53,911 nt of DNA from contig CALDSI010000020.1 in the NCBI GenBank assembly GCA_937911395.1, positions 1 through 53,911 of the forward strand, in the 5' to 3' direction. The first letter of the stretch is position 1; each line of letters starts with the position of its first letter. Below the pieces are notes generated by a model. The model saw nothing but the letters and a program-made list of their open reading frames with translations. It was not told the origin of the DNA and ran no database searches. Shown in pieces: positions 39,376 through 49,032 of this stretch. The stretch comes from an uncultured Labrenzia sp. (GTDB lineage: Bacteria; Pseudomonadota; Alphaproteobacteria; Rhizobiales; Stappiaceae). Both the position numbers and the translations under genes were made by a program.

Positions 39376-40473
39376 TCAACGTGTTCCAATTGGCAAGGTG
39401 AACGTCCAAGAAGCTCTTTTGGCGGCCGCCGGGATCGCGGGGTATGGCGCCGCACGCTGCACGGACTTGAGGGCTGCTTGGTCGAATGCTTTGTTTCCAG
39501 AAGATCTTACCAAACGTACGCCTGTTACACCGCCATTGGCGGTAACCGTGAAACGGACCTGAGCGTCCTTGGCCAAGCGCCCAATGCTACGCGGCGTACG
39601 AACGGAGCGGAGCACCTTGCGATGAACCTTGGCCGGGTAGTTGGTGACCTCAGAATTCCCAGCCGCCTTCGCTTTGCCTTTACGCGCTGATCCGCCTTTT
39701 TGTGCAGTTCTGTTAGATTGACCACCCGCCCCTGCCCGGCGTGCCGATTGCGCCTTTTCCTGTTTATTTTTAGTTGGCTTTTTCGCTGTTTTTGTCTCAG
39801 GCTCTTTTTGTGTCTTGGCTGTTTGCCTCTTTGGCGGTGGAGGTTTCCGCCGTGGAGTAGAAACAGTTGTTTCTAACGGCTCAACCAGCGTTGCTTGTTC
39901 TACCGGTTTCGCAGATACGGGTGGAGGGAAAACCTCTTTCAAGATCTGTCGAGGATCTTCGGCAACAGCTCGAACAGGTTCTGTTTGAACCGTACCAACA
40001 TCAGTTTTCGGCGCCGTTTTCTTAAGCTCAACAGGTTCGACACGATGCTTTTCGGGAATGGACTTTTCTACGTTTTCAGCAACTGAATTCTGTTCAGCCG
40101 CCGCCTGGTAGTTGCCACCTGCCGCCACGATCGGAACGCTCTCTACCGCTCGATTGGTGTCTACAGCCGGCACCGGTTTTGCGGCCGTTGCCGAAACAGA
40201 CTCGAGCGATTGAGCGAGGCTAGTTTCAGAAGTCGGTGCAATAGGAAGCGTTTCTTCGACAGCTCGCTCCATCGGCTGCGTCGCCTCCACCTGCGGCGTT
40301 GAACCTGCCGAGATTGTACTGAACGGAGAGCTACCAAGCGTTACCGTTGTCGTCTCGCCAGCCCCGGCGACCTCCAGCTCCGGTTTTGATTTGAGAGTGA
40401 GGGCAACTGCACCGACATGGACCGCAAGTGACACACAAATCGCAATCGCGAGTGCGTTTGGAAAAGATCTCAT
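39376..40473 (-). CDS. tonB: TonB-family energy transducer
   Basis: N-terminal TM with SLAVH (SxxxH). Long P/E/K-rich linker. C-terminal VRFTV..G.V..VRLVRSSGNKAFDQAAL..V.RAAPYP. Confidence 0.85.
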   Translation of the reverse strand: MRSFPNALAIAICVSLAVHVGAVALTLKSKPELEVAGAGETTTVTLGSSPFSTISAGSTPQVEATQPMERAVEETLPIAPTSETSLAQSLESVSATAAKPVPAVDTNRAVESVPIVAAGGNYQAAAEQNSVAENVEKSIPEKHRVEPVELKKTAPKTDVGTVQTEPVRAVAEDPRQILKEVFPPPVSAKPVEQATLVEPLETTVSTPRRKPPPPKRQTAKTQKEPETKTAKKPTKNKQEKAQSARRAGAGGQSNRTAQKGGSARKGKAKAAGNSEVTNYPAKVHRKVLRSVRTPRSIGRLAKDAQVRFTVTANGGVTGVRLVRSSGNKAFDQAALKSVQRAAPYPAIPAAAKRASWTFTLPIGTR

Positions 40474-40862
40474 GGATCTGCCTTGCGGGTTACGATCAGC
40501 ACCTTGTGCGCGCCGGCCGCATAGAGTGCCGCGACATGACCAAGCAGTTTATCGGCAGCCAATGCCGAATCGGCACCCAAACGAACTACTGTCTCGCCCG
40601 CTTGCGTCTGATGACCCAAAAATGCCTCAGCGGTTATCTCTTCGTCCCTATAGATCAGCGATCCATCAGAACGTGCATAGAGGGCATCCGGCGGCGGTAA
40701 GGGCGGAGCCTGCTCTGACTTCGACAGATCCACCTGTCCGTCTTGAGGCGGAGCCAATTGTCCGGCAACCAAGAAAAATATCAGCATCAAGAACACGATA
40801 TTTATTAGCGAAATCGTGGTTTCGAGCTGCCGTTTCTCAGCTTTGCGGGGCAACGTGATCAT
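40470..40862 (-). CDS. exbD: ExbD/TolR family protein
   Basis: ISLINIVFLMLIFFLVAG, LGADSAL. Confidence 0.88.
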   Translation of the reverse strand: MITLPRKAEKRQLETTISLINIVFLMLIFFLVAGQLAPPQDGQVDLSKSEQAPPLPPPDALYARSDGSLIYRDEEITAEAFLGHQTQAGETVVRLGADSALAADKLLGHVAALYAAGAHKVLIVTRKADP

Positions 40863-41245
40863 TTGGGCCCTGCAACAGTTACCGTCAGGCCAGGCACCGT
40901 CTTTAGTTCCGACATGACCGTCACAAGCAGCTGCGTACTGCTCGATCCTTGAATGTACACCAGGATGCTATCATTGCCGGTCTCAATCAGGGCTGAAACT
41001 TCGGCTGCATGATTGTCCTGCGCAATGGCGCGCCCGTTAAGACGCAGACGATCAGGCTCAACCATAAGGATTGCCTTAGGCAGAGCCTCTGACCCGCCGC
41101 CAACGGCAGGTGCACCAATTTCCACCTGACCAAACTGGGTGCACGTCGAAGACAGCATAAAAAACAACAACAAGAGGAAAATCACGTCCACCAATGGAGT
41201 GAGCGAAATTGCCCGGTGTTTTTTCGGAAGCGGCTCAACGCGCAT
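40859..41245 (-). CDS. exbD: ExbD/TolR family protein
   Basis: ISLTPLVDVIFLLLLFFMLSS. ATG at 41245. Confidence 0.88.
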   Translation of the reverse strand: MRVEPLPKKHRAISLTPLVDVIFLLLLFFMLSSTCTQFGQVEIGAPAVGGGSEALPKAILMVEPDRLRLNGRAIAQDNHAAEVSALIETGNDSILVYIQGSSSTQLLVTVMSELKTVPGLTVTVAGPK

Positions 41246-41939
41246 AAGAAAGCGCGGCTCCTGCCGGCAACCCATCCGATTGCTCGACGCCGTGATCCAA
41301 CGAGGGCAAAAGCAAGGCGGATGTCAGCGTCTCAATTGCAACTCTCTCCGCCTCCAGACGTCCTTCGAGCCAGGTTACAACCAGAGAAACAGGCATCGCT
41401 ACCGCGAGGCCGGCTGCTGTAGTCATGAGGGCCACCCAGATCCCGCCAGCAAGCGCGGACGGATCGACATTGCTACCGGCCGACTGCAACGCCTGAAAAG
41501 CTTCAATCATGCCAAGCACAGTGCCGAACAGACCGATCAATGGAGCGACTTGTGCTATCGCCTCCAGAGCTCTGATACCCTTCGAGAAGTGATGCAAATC
41601 GCCTGCAGCCTGAACACCGACGCGCTCTTCAATTTCAGCTTTCTGCGCTCGATTTTCCAGAAGCTTGCAAGTGGTGAGCACCGCCTTGTCGACGGCGCTT
41701 CTGGGTGACGAAATTCTTGACAGTGCTTCACCAGGCCGATTGGAAAGCCAAAGGTGCACACCATTTTTCGCCCGGTGACTGCGCCCTATGCCGCATACCA
41801 GAAACTCGAACGCCTTCACTAGAATAAGCGCTAGAGCGACAACCGAAAGCCCGGCAATCACTGTGACCACCGGACCTCCGAGCTGAAGAAAAGATGTAAT
41901 CTGACCAGTTAAATCGGAGATCATTTGAGGCTCCATCAT
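41235..41939 (-). CDS. exbB: MotA/TolQ/ExbB proton channel
   Basis: APLIGLFGTVLGMIEAF, LAGGIWVALMTTAAGLAVAMP. Confidence 0.92.
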   Translation of the reverse strand: MMEPQMISDLTGQITSFLQLGGPVVTVIAGLSVVALALILVKAFEFLVCGIGRSHRAKNGVHLWLSNRPGEALSRISSPRSAVDKAVLTTCKLLENRAQKAEIEERVGVQAAGDLHHFSKGIRALEAIAQVAPLIGLFGTVLGMIEAFQALQSAGSNVDPSALAGGIWVALMTTAAGLAVAMPVSLVVTWLEGRLEAERVAIETLTSALLLPSLDHGVEQSDGLPAGAALSYAR

Positions 41940-42011
41940 TTAGGCTTGGAACCGTCCAGCACCAACGCTGAAGCATTTGTCTGCGTTGGGCCGGACGGTG
42001 TCTTCGTCAAA

Positions 42012-44084
42012 TCACCAGCTGATTTCCTTATTCAGGGTGAGTTTGAAGGTCCGGCCGCGCCCTCGGTCGCCGGCCAGGTTGTTTTGGTAGGACTTGTCAA
42101 AGATGTTTTCGACTGCCGCTCGCAGCTCCATGCCTGCGAAATGACCATCCTGAGGCTTCCAGCTGGCGAAGACGTCGTGAACTGCATAACCGGCAAACGG
42201 CCCTGCAGTTGCACCAGTGTCGATGCTGGCGGCAAAAAGTCCGCGCCATCCAAAATCGAGATCATATTGCGGAACTCGACCACCTAATGTGACTGCAAGC
42301 GTGTCTGCGGGAATGGACGTCAGTGTTTCGCCAGTTGCTTTATCTTCGCCTCTGACAATGCTGAAGGCAACCGTGCTGTAGACGTACTCGGAGTTATAGG
42401 CCGCTTCCATCTCGACACCGTAGATCTCCGCTTCATCGATATTGACGTAGTAGCGGACCGGCGTGGTCTGACCTTGGTCGGGATTGGTTGAAATCAGATC
42501 TTTCAGATCATTGTAGAAAGCGGTTGTCTTGAGCTGAAGGCCGTCACCATCCTGAATGAGATCAAAGGCTGATACGGAAAACCCGGCTTCAACGGCGTTC
42601 GACTGTTCCTTATCCAGGTTCAGACTTGCAAGCCGCCCGCCCGGATAGGAACGTGATGCACCAGACGTGGAGAACATCTCATCCAATGTCGGAGCACGTT
42701 CTGTATGAGCGACAGATCCGAAGATGGAGAAAGTGTCGTTGAACTTGTAGAGCGCAGCAAGCTTTGGTGAGAAAGCAACCTCGGATTGATCCGACGCACC
42801 GTCAATCACACTGTCCGGCGACAAGTTGATCGAATCTACCCGAACCCCGGGGATGAGGGTAAGCCGATCCTGCCAGATAAACTCGTCCTGGATGAAGAAC
42901 CCGATTTTGGTATCAGTCCCTTCCGGGTGGAAACCGATCGCCCCACTCTCCGATTGAGCGGTCCTCTCCTGATAGGAAAGCTGTGTACCCACTGTCAGGA
43001 AGTTCTCGAAAGTTGATCCGGAATGCGCAAAGGTGTTGTCGACCTTACCTTGCCAAGTACGATAACCGTACTCACCGTCTTCAAAGAGCTGGGATGTTGA
43101 GAAAGCCCCGAGCGACGAGTTTTTCTGTTCAACTTGTGTATCCGAAAACGACAGATTCACATTCAGATCAAGGTAGGGATTGTCGCTTGCCGGGTTTTCA
43201 TAGTTCAGGACCACAGTCTGGTCGGTGATATCCCGATCGATCGTACCGAAACCCGCAGTGTTGGTCTGCGAATACTGGGTAGCGTCTGCGTCACATTGCC
43301 AGCGTTGGTAAGACAGGCGGACAGCCTGTTCTTTGTCCTCACCGAAGTGGTGCACAACCTTGGCCAAGCCGGAGAAGGAAGAGAATGCAGAGCCCGGGAT
43401 TTCTACCCCCTGCCCATCCTCAATGTCATTCGATTTCCGGAAAATGCCGTTGAGCAGAAACTCGGTATTTTCTGAAAGACGCACCGCGCCAACGGCCGAG
43501 GTCATGAAGCCCCATTTGTTGGAGTCGTACATGCCCTTCACGCGTAGGACGGCCGTGTCTCCCGGTTTTAGAAAGTCGCTCGGATCCTTGGTGGTGAAGT
43601 TGATTACACCGCCGAGCGCACCTGCGCCGTAAAGAGTTGAAGACGCGGGGCCGCGCAAAACCTCAACCTGCTTGTAGAGCTCCGGATCGGAGAAGAAAGA
43701 CCCGAGACGGTATTGCTCGTAAAACTTGGTGGCACCGTCGACGGTCACGATGATTTTGGATTCGTCAGACGACGCCAAGTCGCCGATACCTCGAATGTTG
43801 AAAGATTGCCCGCCGATGCGGTCACTGCCGATGACCGTCACGCCCGGAATATCCCGGAACAGCTCGCCGATCGTCGCCGCCTGTTCGTTGTCGATCGCTT
43901 CCTGATCCAGAACCGTCACGGCCTGCGGCGTATTGATCGCTACTTTTTCAACGCCGGCGCCAAGCACGATTCGTTGTAATGGTGTTGCCACCTCGTCTTG
44001 TGCAAACACTGCGCCATTTGCAGCGAACATCCAAAGTGCAACGCCACCCAGAAGACGGGTGTGAAGGGTTTTGTTGAGCCCCAT
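42012..44084 (-). CDS. TonB-dependent heme/hemoglobin receptor (HmuR/ShmR-like)
   Basis: Signal peptide, plug NIRG, VEVLRGPASSTLYGAGALGGVI, ERAP, ENIFDKSY, C-terminal W. Divergent from hmuSTUV. Confidence 0.88.
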   Translation of the reverse strand: MGLNKTLHTRLLGGVALWMFAANGAVFAQDEVATPLQRIVLGAGVEKVAINTPQAVTVLDQEAIDNEQAATIGELFRDIPGVTVIGSDRIGGQSFNIRGIGDLASSDESKIIVTVDGATKFYEQYRLGSFFSDPELYKQVEVLRGPASSTLYGAGALGGVINFTTKDPSDFLKPGDTAVLRVKGMYDSNKWGFMTSAVGAVRLSENTEFLLNGIFRKSNDIEDGQGVEIPGSAFSSFSGLAKVVHHFGEDKEQAVRLSYQRWQCDADATQYSQTNTAGFGTIDRDITDQTVVLNYENPASDNPYLDLNVNLSFSDTQVEQKNSSLGAFSTSQLFEDGEYGYRTWQGKVDNTFAHSGSTFENFLTVGTQLSYQERTAQSESGAIGFHPEGTDTKIGFFIQDEFIWQDRLTLIPGVRVDSINLSPDSVIDGASDQSEVAFSPKLAALYKFNDTFSIFGSVAHTERAPTLDEMFSTSGASRSYPGGRLASLNLDKEQSNAVEAGFSVSAFDLIQDGDGLQLKTTAFYNDLKDLISTNPDQGQTTPVRYYVNIDEAEIYGVEMEAAYNSEYVYSTVAFSIVRGEDKATGETLTSIPADTLAVTLGGRVPQYDLDFGWRGLFAASIDTGATAGPFAGYAVHDVFASWKPQDGHFAGMELRAAVENIFDKSYQNNLAGDRGRGRTFKLTLNKEISW

Positions 44085-44146
44085 AATTATCTCCAAGACT
44101 GCGCGTTTTCGCGTCCCTTTTGCTGCCTGCCTTGCAGCGCTTTTAA

Positions 44147-44203
44147 CTTGAGCGTATAACTCAGGTATTGCGTCGCATATAAAACTTGAATATGAGAGTC
44201 AAG
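44147..44203. promoter_or_regulatory. Two RirA/Iron-Rhodo-type boxes (TGA-N9-TCA)
   Basis: CTTGA-GCGTATAAC-TCAGG (core 44149-44163) and CTTGA-ATATGAGAG-TCAAG (core 44187-44201). Confidence 0.65.
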
Positions 44204-44236
44204 TATAAGTAAGCCCATGAAATAAAATGAGAACTC

Positions 44237-44253
44237 TTTGGAAAAGTTCTAAT
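44237..44253. promoter_or_regulatory. Irr iron control element (ICE)
   Basis: TTTGGAA-AAG-TTCTAAT versus consensus TTTAGAA-N3-TTCTAAA. Confidence 0.65.
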
Positions 44254-44347
44254 TTTATCAAGTTGCCGCAGGGGCTTATTGGCGTTACATGCGCTGCACC
44301 CTGATTACTCGGTGGAAATTTGGCGCAATCTGGAAAGGATATTTTTG

Positions 44348-45436
44348 ATGACTGCTGACCGTATCCAAACCGCTACACGGCCGGGCGCAGCTCATATCCG
44401 AAAAGCGCGGGAACAATATCCCAAGATGCGGGAGCGGGATCTCGCGCGCAGTCTCGATATCACTGAGGCAGAATTGGTCGCAAGCTTTGTAGGTCATGGC
44501 ACGCGTCGCATAGAGCCTAGGTTCGAGGATCTCTTCAGTGGGCTTCAGAAGGTCGGGCCGGTAATGGCTCTCACGCGCAATGAAAGTGCCGTCCACGAAA
44601 AAATTGGGCCCTTTGAGAAGTTCATTAACGGCAAGCGCGCAGCACTCATGCTGGGCGAGCAAATCGACACGCGTATGTTCCCTGCCAACTGGACCTACGG
44701 ATTTGCCGTTGAAAAGAGCGATGGCAAGGATGTGCGGCACTCCCTGCAATTCTTCGATGCACACGGCGATGCAGTCCAAAAGATCCATGCACGACCTGAC
44801 ACAGACAAGTACGCCTGGGGTCAGCTTGTCGAGCAATTAACGCTGCCCGACCAGCAGCCAGATGCTTTGCCAAAAGTGACACCAGCGCCAGTCTTTACCC
44901 GCAAGATGCCAACCGTCCTTGCAGAGATGCAGTTGCGTGACCGTTGGCAAGCCATGACCGATCCGCACCAGTTTCATGGTCTTTTGAAAGACCTCGAATT
45001 GGACAGGCTGAGTGCCTTTGAACTCGCCGGTGAAAGCTGGGCTTGGCCGCTCGACAAAGGCTCGATCCCAGCTCTTTTGCGTCTGGCAGCCTCCGAGCAC
45101 ATCCCGATCATGTGCTTTGTTGGCAACCGCGGATGTATTCAGATCCACTCGGGAAAAATCGAAACCGTTATGGAAAAAGGCCCCTGGATCAACATCATGG
45201 ATCCGACCTTCCATCTGCATCTTCGGACCGATCATATTCACGACGTTTGGGCCGTTCGCAAACCAGCTGATGTCGGGCACGTCACTTCGATTGAAGCCTA
45301 TGACAGTGACGGTCAACAAATCATCCAATTCTTTGGTGTTCGCGGAGAAGGCAATGCCGAGAGATCCGACTGGCGCGGTCTTGCCGAGAACCTCCCCAAA
45401 CTTGATCGCGCCATAACGCTTGGAGCAGCCGAATGA
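44348..45436 (+). CDS. hmuS: Heme-degrading/trafficking protein HmuS/HemS
   Basis: VMALTRNESAVHEK, SLQFFDAHG..V.KIH, IMCFVGNRGCIQIH, FHLHL, QFFG. Duplicated domain. Confidence 0.93.
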   Translation: MTADRIQTATRPGAAHIRKAREQYPKMRERDLARSLDITEAELVASFVGHGTRRIEPRFEDLFSGLQKVGPVMALTRNESAVHEKIGPFEKFINGKRAALMLGEQIDTRMFPANWTYGFAVEKSDGKDVRHSLQFFDAHGDAVQKIHARPDTDKYAWGQLVEQLTLPDQQPDALPKVTPAPVFTRKMPTVLAEMQLRDRWQAMTDPHQFHGLLKDLELDRLSAFELAGESWAWPLDKGSIPALLRLAASEHIPIMCFVGNRGCIQIHSGKIETVMEKGPWINIMDPTFHLHLRTDHIHDVWAVRKPADVGHVTSIEAYDSDGQQIIQFFGVRGEGNAERSDWRGLAENLPKLDRAITLGAAE

Positions 45437-46317
45437 TTACCAGACTTCGTTCCCTTTACCTTGAATGTGCAGCGGCAACCCTTCTGACCGCAACGGCACT
45501 TGTCCTAACACTGCATCCACTCTCAGCGGGAGAGGCTTCGAACCGTATCGTGGCTGTTGGTGGATCTGTAACCGAAGTGGTGTTTGCACTCGAAGAGCAG
45601 CACCGCCTCGTCGCAAGAGACTCCACAAGTGTTCACCCACAAGAAGCCCACGATCTGCCGGACATTGGCTATATTCGCGCGCTGTCGCCAGAAGGGGTTC
45701 TCTCAGTCGATCCTGATCTGCTGTTGATGCTGGATGGCAGCGGGCCTCAGGAAGCAGTCGACGTTCTTGAAAAATCAGGCATTGCTATCGCCAACGTTCC
45801 AAATGAGTTCACCCCGGAAGGGATCGTCGCAAAAATCCATACCGTTGGCGACGCACTAGGCGTTCCGGACAAAGCCAAGGCCCTCGCGGAAAAGACTAAA
45901 ACAGAACTGGAAAACGCTAAACAGCAAGCAGCGGGACGCAATGAAGACGTCCGTGTCCTGTTTGTTTTGTCGACGCGGGGTGGCCGGATCATGGCTGGTG
46001 GCGCTAACACCGCCGCTGATGCCATAATTACTCTTGCTGGAGCCAAAAACGCTGTCAGTGAGTTCTCTGGTTACAAGCAGCTCAGCGACGAAGCGATCCT
46101 GAGCGCGATGCCTGACATCGTGTTGATGATGGACCGCGACGGAGATCACGGCGCGTCGGCGGATGAGCTCTTCTCACATCCAGCTCTTGCGCAAACTCCG
46201 GCGGGCAGAGCCAACCGATTGTTAAAAATGCCAGGCGACTACCTGCTCGGTTTTGGTCCTCGGACCGCAAACGCGATCCAGGATCTTGCGCAGAACCTTA
46301 TAGAAATCCGGAGCTGA
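45433..46317 (+). CDS. hmuT: Heme ABC periplasmic binding protein
   Basis: RIVAVGGSVTEVV, DSTS, GYIRALSPEG, GYKQLS, LLGFGPR. Confidence 0.93.
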   Translation: MITRLRSLYLECAAATLLTATALVLTLHPLSAGEASNRIVAVGGSVTEVVFALEEQHRLVARDSTSVHPQEAHDLPDIGYIRALSPEGVLSVDPDLLLMLDGSGPQEAVDVLEKSGIAIANVPNEFTPEGIVAKIHTVGDALGVPDKAKALAEKTKTELENAKQQAAGRNEDVRVLFVLSTRGGRIMAGGANTAADAIITLAGAKNAVSEFSGYKQLSDEAILSAMPDIVLMMDRDGDHGASADELFSHPALAQTPAGRANRLLKMPGDYLLGFGPRTANAIQDLAQNLIEIRS

Positions 46318-46322
46318 CTTGA

Positions 46323-47456
46323 ATGAGTGACGCGACAGCGCCGCGACACCGGCGCGGTCTGGCTGCCATACTGGGACTTACAGCCCTTAGCCAAGGTGAT
46401 CGCGCCGGGATTGCTCGCTGGGTGATCGTGGCCCTCGCTCTTCTCTTGTCTGCCACCGCAATTGGAAGCTTGGCAACCGGTCCCATTTTGGTACCGGTGT
46501 TCGATCTATTGCCTCATATCCCAGGCCAACTGTTGGATCCGTCCGCGCCGCTTCCGGAGACTGTATCCGTACGGGACTGGATTGTTGTGATGGACATCCG
46601 GCTGCCAAGGATCACTCTTGGTGCGCTCGTCGGAGCGGCGCTCGCTGTTTCTGGAGCAGTGATGCAAGGATTGTTTCGCAACCCACTGGCAGATCCGGGA
46701 ATCGTGGGGGTATCTGCAGGTGCAGGTCTTGGAGCTGCTCTTTTTATTGTTCTGGGCAATGCCACACTGGCACCGGCAATGGCGATCCTCGGTATCTATG
46801 CGATTCCATTTGCCGCGTTTGCTGGCGGACTCATCAACACACTGCTGCTCTACCGGATTGGCACACGCGGCGGCTTTACATCTGTTGCCACACTCCTACT
46901 CGCCGGGATCGCCCTTGGCGCATTGACGGGCGCGATTACCGGCCTTCTCGTGTATGTGGCCGACGACAATCAGCTGCGCGACCTGCAGTTTTGGGGGTTA
47001 GGATCTCTTGCAGGAGCAAACTGGGAAAAAGTGGCTTCAGCAGCACCAATCATTCTAACGATGCTCTTGGCAACACCGTTCCTTGCCCGAGGTCTCAATG
47101 CGCTGACATTGGGCGAAGCTGCAGCCGCTCACATTGGCATCCGGGTTCAAAGGCTGAAAAATATCAGCATTCTCTTGGTCGCTGCGGCGACCGGCGCATC
47201 AGTCGCTGTCAGCGGGGGAATCGGTTTTGTCGGCATCGTTGTGCCGCATCTGTTGCGGCTGTCGATCGGACCGGATCATAAATACCTGCTACCCGCAGCT
47301 GCACTGCTTGGAGCAATCCTGTTGATTGGCGCAGATACACTGGCGCGGACAATCGTTGCGCCGGCAGAGTTGCCGATCGGCATCATCACCGCTTTTGTTG
47401 GCGCGCCGTTTTTCCTTTGGATATTGCTGCGGAACAGAGGACTGACCGGCTTATGA
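46323..47456 (+). CDS. hmuU: Heme ABC permease (FecCD)
   Basis: IRLPR, QGLFRNPLADPG, IGFVGIVVPH, ELPIGI, GAPFFLW. Confidence 0.93.
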   Translation: MSDATAPRHRRGLAAILGLTALSQGDRAGIARWVIVALALLLSATAIGSLATGPILVPVFDLLPHIPGQLLDPSAPLPETVSVRDWIVVMDIRLPRITLGALVGAALAVSGAVMQGLFRNPLADPGIVGVSAGAGLGAALFIVLGNATLAPAMAILGIYAIPFAAFAGGLINTLLLYRIGTRGGFTSVATLLLAGIALGALTGAITGLLVYVADDNQLRDLQFWGLGSLAGANWEKVASAAPIILTMLLATPFLARGLNALTLGEAAAAHIGIRVQRLKNISILLVAAATGASVAVSGGIGFVGIVVPHLLRLSIGPDHKYLLPAAALLGAILLIGADTLARTIVAPAELPIGIITAFVGAPFFLWILLRNRGLTGL

Positions 47457-48298
47457 GCAATCTTTCCGCTCTCACTCAAACCGTCGCCGCCCATGTCCAA
47501 TTCCTTGATGTCAGGGACTTGAAAGTCACTTTGGGCAACACCCTCATTGTAAACGATATGTCCTTAAGTGCACACGCTGGAGAGCTGCTGGCCATCATCG
47601 GACCCAGTGGGTCTGGCAAGACTACGCTCTTGAAGGCCATCACCGGCGAGCGACCTTACTTGGGCAGCATTCAGCTAGGCGGATGCGAGGTGGCGAGCCT
47701 GTCTCCGGAAACGCAAGCAATGATCAGGGGTGTTTTGCCCCAAGCCAGCCACCTTTCGTTTCCGCTAACAGTTTCGGAAGTTATTGGTCTCGGCATTCTG
47801 GATCGGAGGCAAGACCGCCTTTCACGAGCGCACCGTGTTGCCGAAGCCTTGTCCCTTGTTGGTCTTCCGGGTTTTGAGGCCCGCACCTATCAGGATTTGT
47901 CCGGCGGTGAACAGCAACGCGTGCAATTGGCCCGTGTACTCTGCCAGGTTTGGGATCCGGTCGCGGAAGATGGAACGCCGCGCTGGCTCTTTTTGGATGA
48001 GCCGGTGTCGAGCCTCGATATCAAACACCAGTATCAGATCATGAAACTTGCAAAAGACTATGCCCGGCGCGGCGGCGGTGTGATCGCGGTGATGCACGAC
48101 CTCAACCTAACTGCCGCTTTTGCAGACAAAGTACTCGTCATGAAGAATGGGTCGAAGGTGCAGCACGGGTCGCTTGAAGATGTCTTCTCGGAAACAACCC
48201 TGACCCCGACCTTCGAAATGCCGCTCGCCGTCACAAGGGATGATGAAAACGGCATCCGGGTGGTGCCGAGATTTTCTGCCGATCATTCGAAGAGCTGA
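47453..48298 (+). CDS. hmuV: Heme ABC ATP-binding protein
   Basis: GPSGSGKTT, LSGGEQQRVQLARVLCQ, LDEPVSSLD, HDLNL. Confidence 0.93.
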   Translation: MSNLSALTQTVAAHVQFLDVRDLKVTLGNTLIVNDMSLSAHAGELLAIIGPSGSGKTTLLKAITGERPYLGSIQLGGCEVASLSPETQAMIRGVLPQASHLSFPLTVSEVIGLGILDRRQDRLSRAHRVAEALSLVGLPGFEARTYQDLSGGEQQRVQLARVLCQVWDPVAEDGTPRWLFLDEPVSSLDIKHQYQIMKLAKDYARRGGGVIAVMHDLNLTAAFADKVLVMKNGSKVQHGSLEDVFSETTLTPTFEMPLAVTRDDENGIRVVPRFSADHSKS

Positions 48299-48312
48299 GC
48301 GAACCGCTCAAC

Positions 48313-49023
48313 TTAGATGGCACTGATGCTGGTCACCAACTCTCTTACTCTTGTTTCGGATGTTTGGCGAAGGCCACCGCAGGTCGAGAAGTCGGCAACT
48401 GCGTTATTTTCAGAAACCTGCACAGAGCATGACGAATGAATTTCGTGAACGGCTACCCTCTGGATGATCTTGGTTACGTTCTCGGGCGTAACGCCCGCAC
48501 CCGGCATGACACTGATCCGGCCTCTGGCCGCTTTGACCATCTCACGAATAACAGCCCGCCCAGCATCAGCCGTGGCTTGACCTCCTGATGTGAGAACCCG
48601 CTCGAACCCGAGATCAATCGCCGTTTCCAGCGCGGCAAACGGGTCCGGCACAACATCGATCACACGGTGGAGTGTCAGCCCCATACCGGATGCACGGTCT
48701 GACAAACGTGCCAGCAGCTCCCGGTCCAGTGTACGGTCCTCACGCTGCACACCCAGAACAACACCAGCAAGTCCAAAGTCTTTAGCCAGATGAATATCAT
48801 TGGCCATGATCTCCTCTTCATTTTCAGAAAAATGAAAGAGACCGGGTCGCGGACGGATCATGGTATAGACCGGAACAGGCAATTGGGCAGCGGCTCGCAT
48901 GAGTCCTGCAGATGGCGTCAGGCCGCCTTCAGACAATGCCGAGCAGAGTTCGATACGCTCGGCGCCGCCTCGAACAGCAGCCCAGGCCCCTTCAATCGTA
49001 TCAACACAGACTTCGAGCAGCAT
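48313..49023 (-). CDS. cutC: CutC family TIM-barrel protein
   Basis: LLEVCVD, RIELCSAL.EGGLTPS, MIRPR.G.F, TLHR, RVLTSGG, MPGAGV, EIHSS. Confidence 0.93.
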   Translation of the reverse strand: MLLEVCVDTIEGAWAAVRGGAERIELCSALSEGGLTPSAGLMRAAAQLPVPVYTMIRPRPGLFHFSENEEEIMANDIHLAKDFGLAGVVLGVQREDRTLDRELLARLSDRASGMGLTLHRVIDVVPDPFAALETAIDLGFERVLTSGGQATADAGRAVIREMVKAARGRISVMPGAGVTPENVTKIIQRVAVHEIHSSCSVQVSENNAVADFSTCGGLRQTSETRVRELVTSISAI

Positions 49024-49032
49024 GTGATTTGC

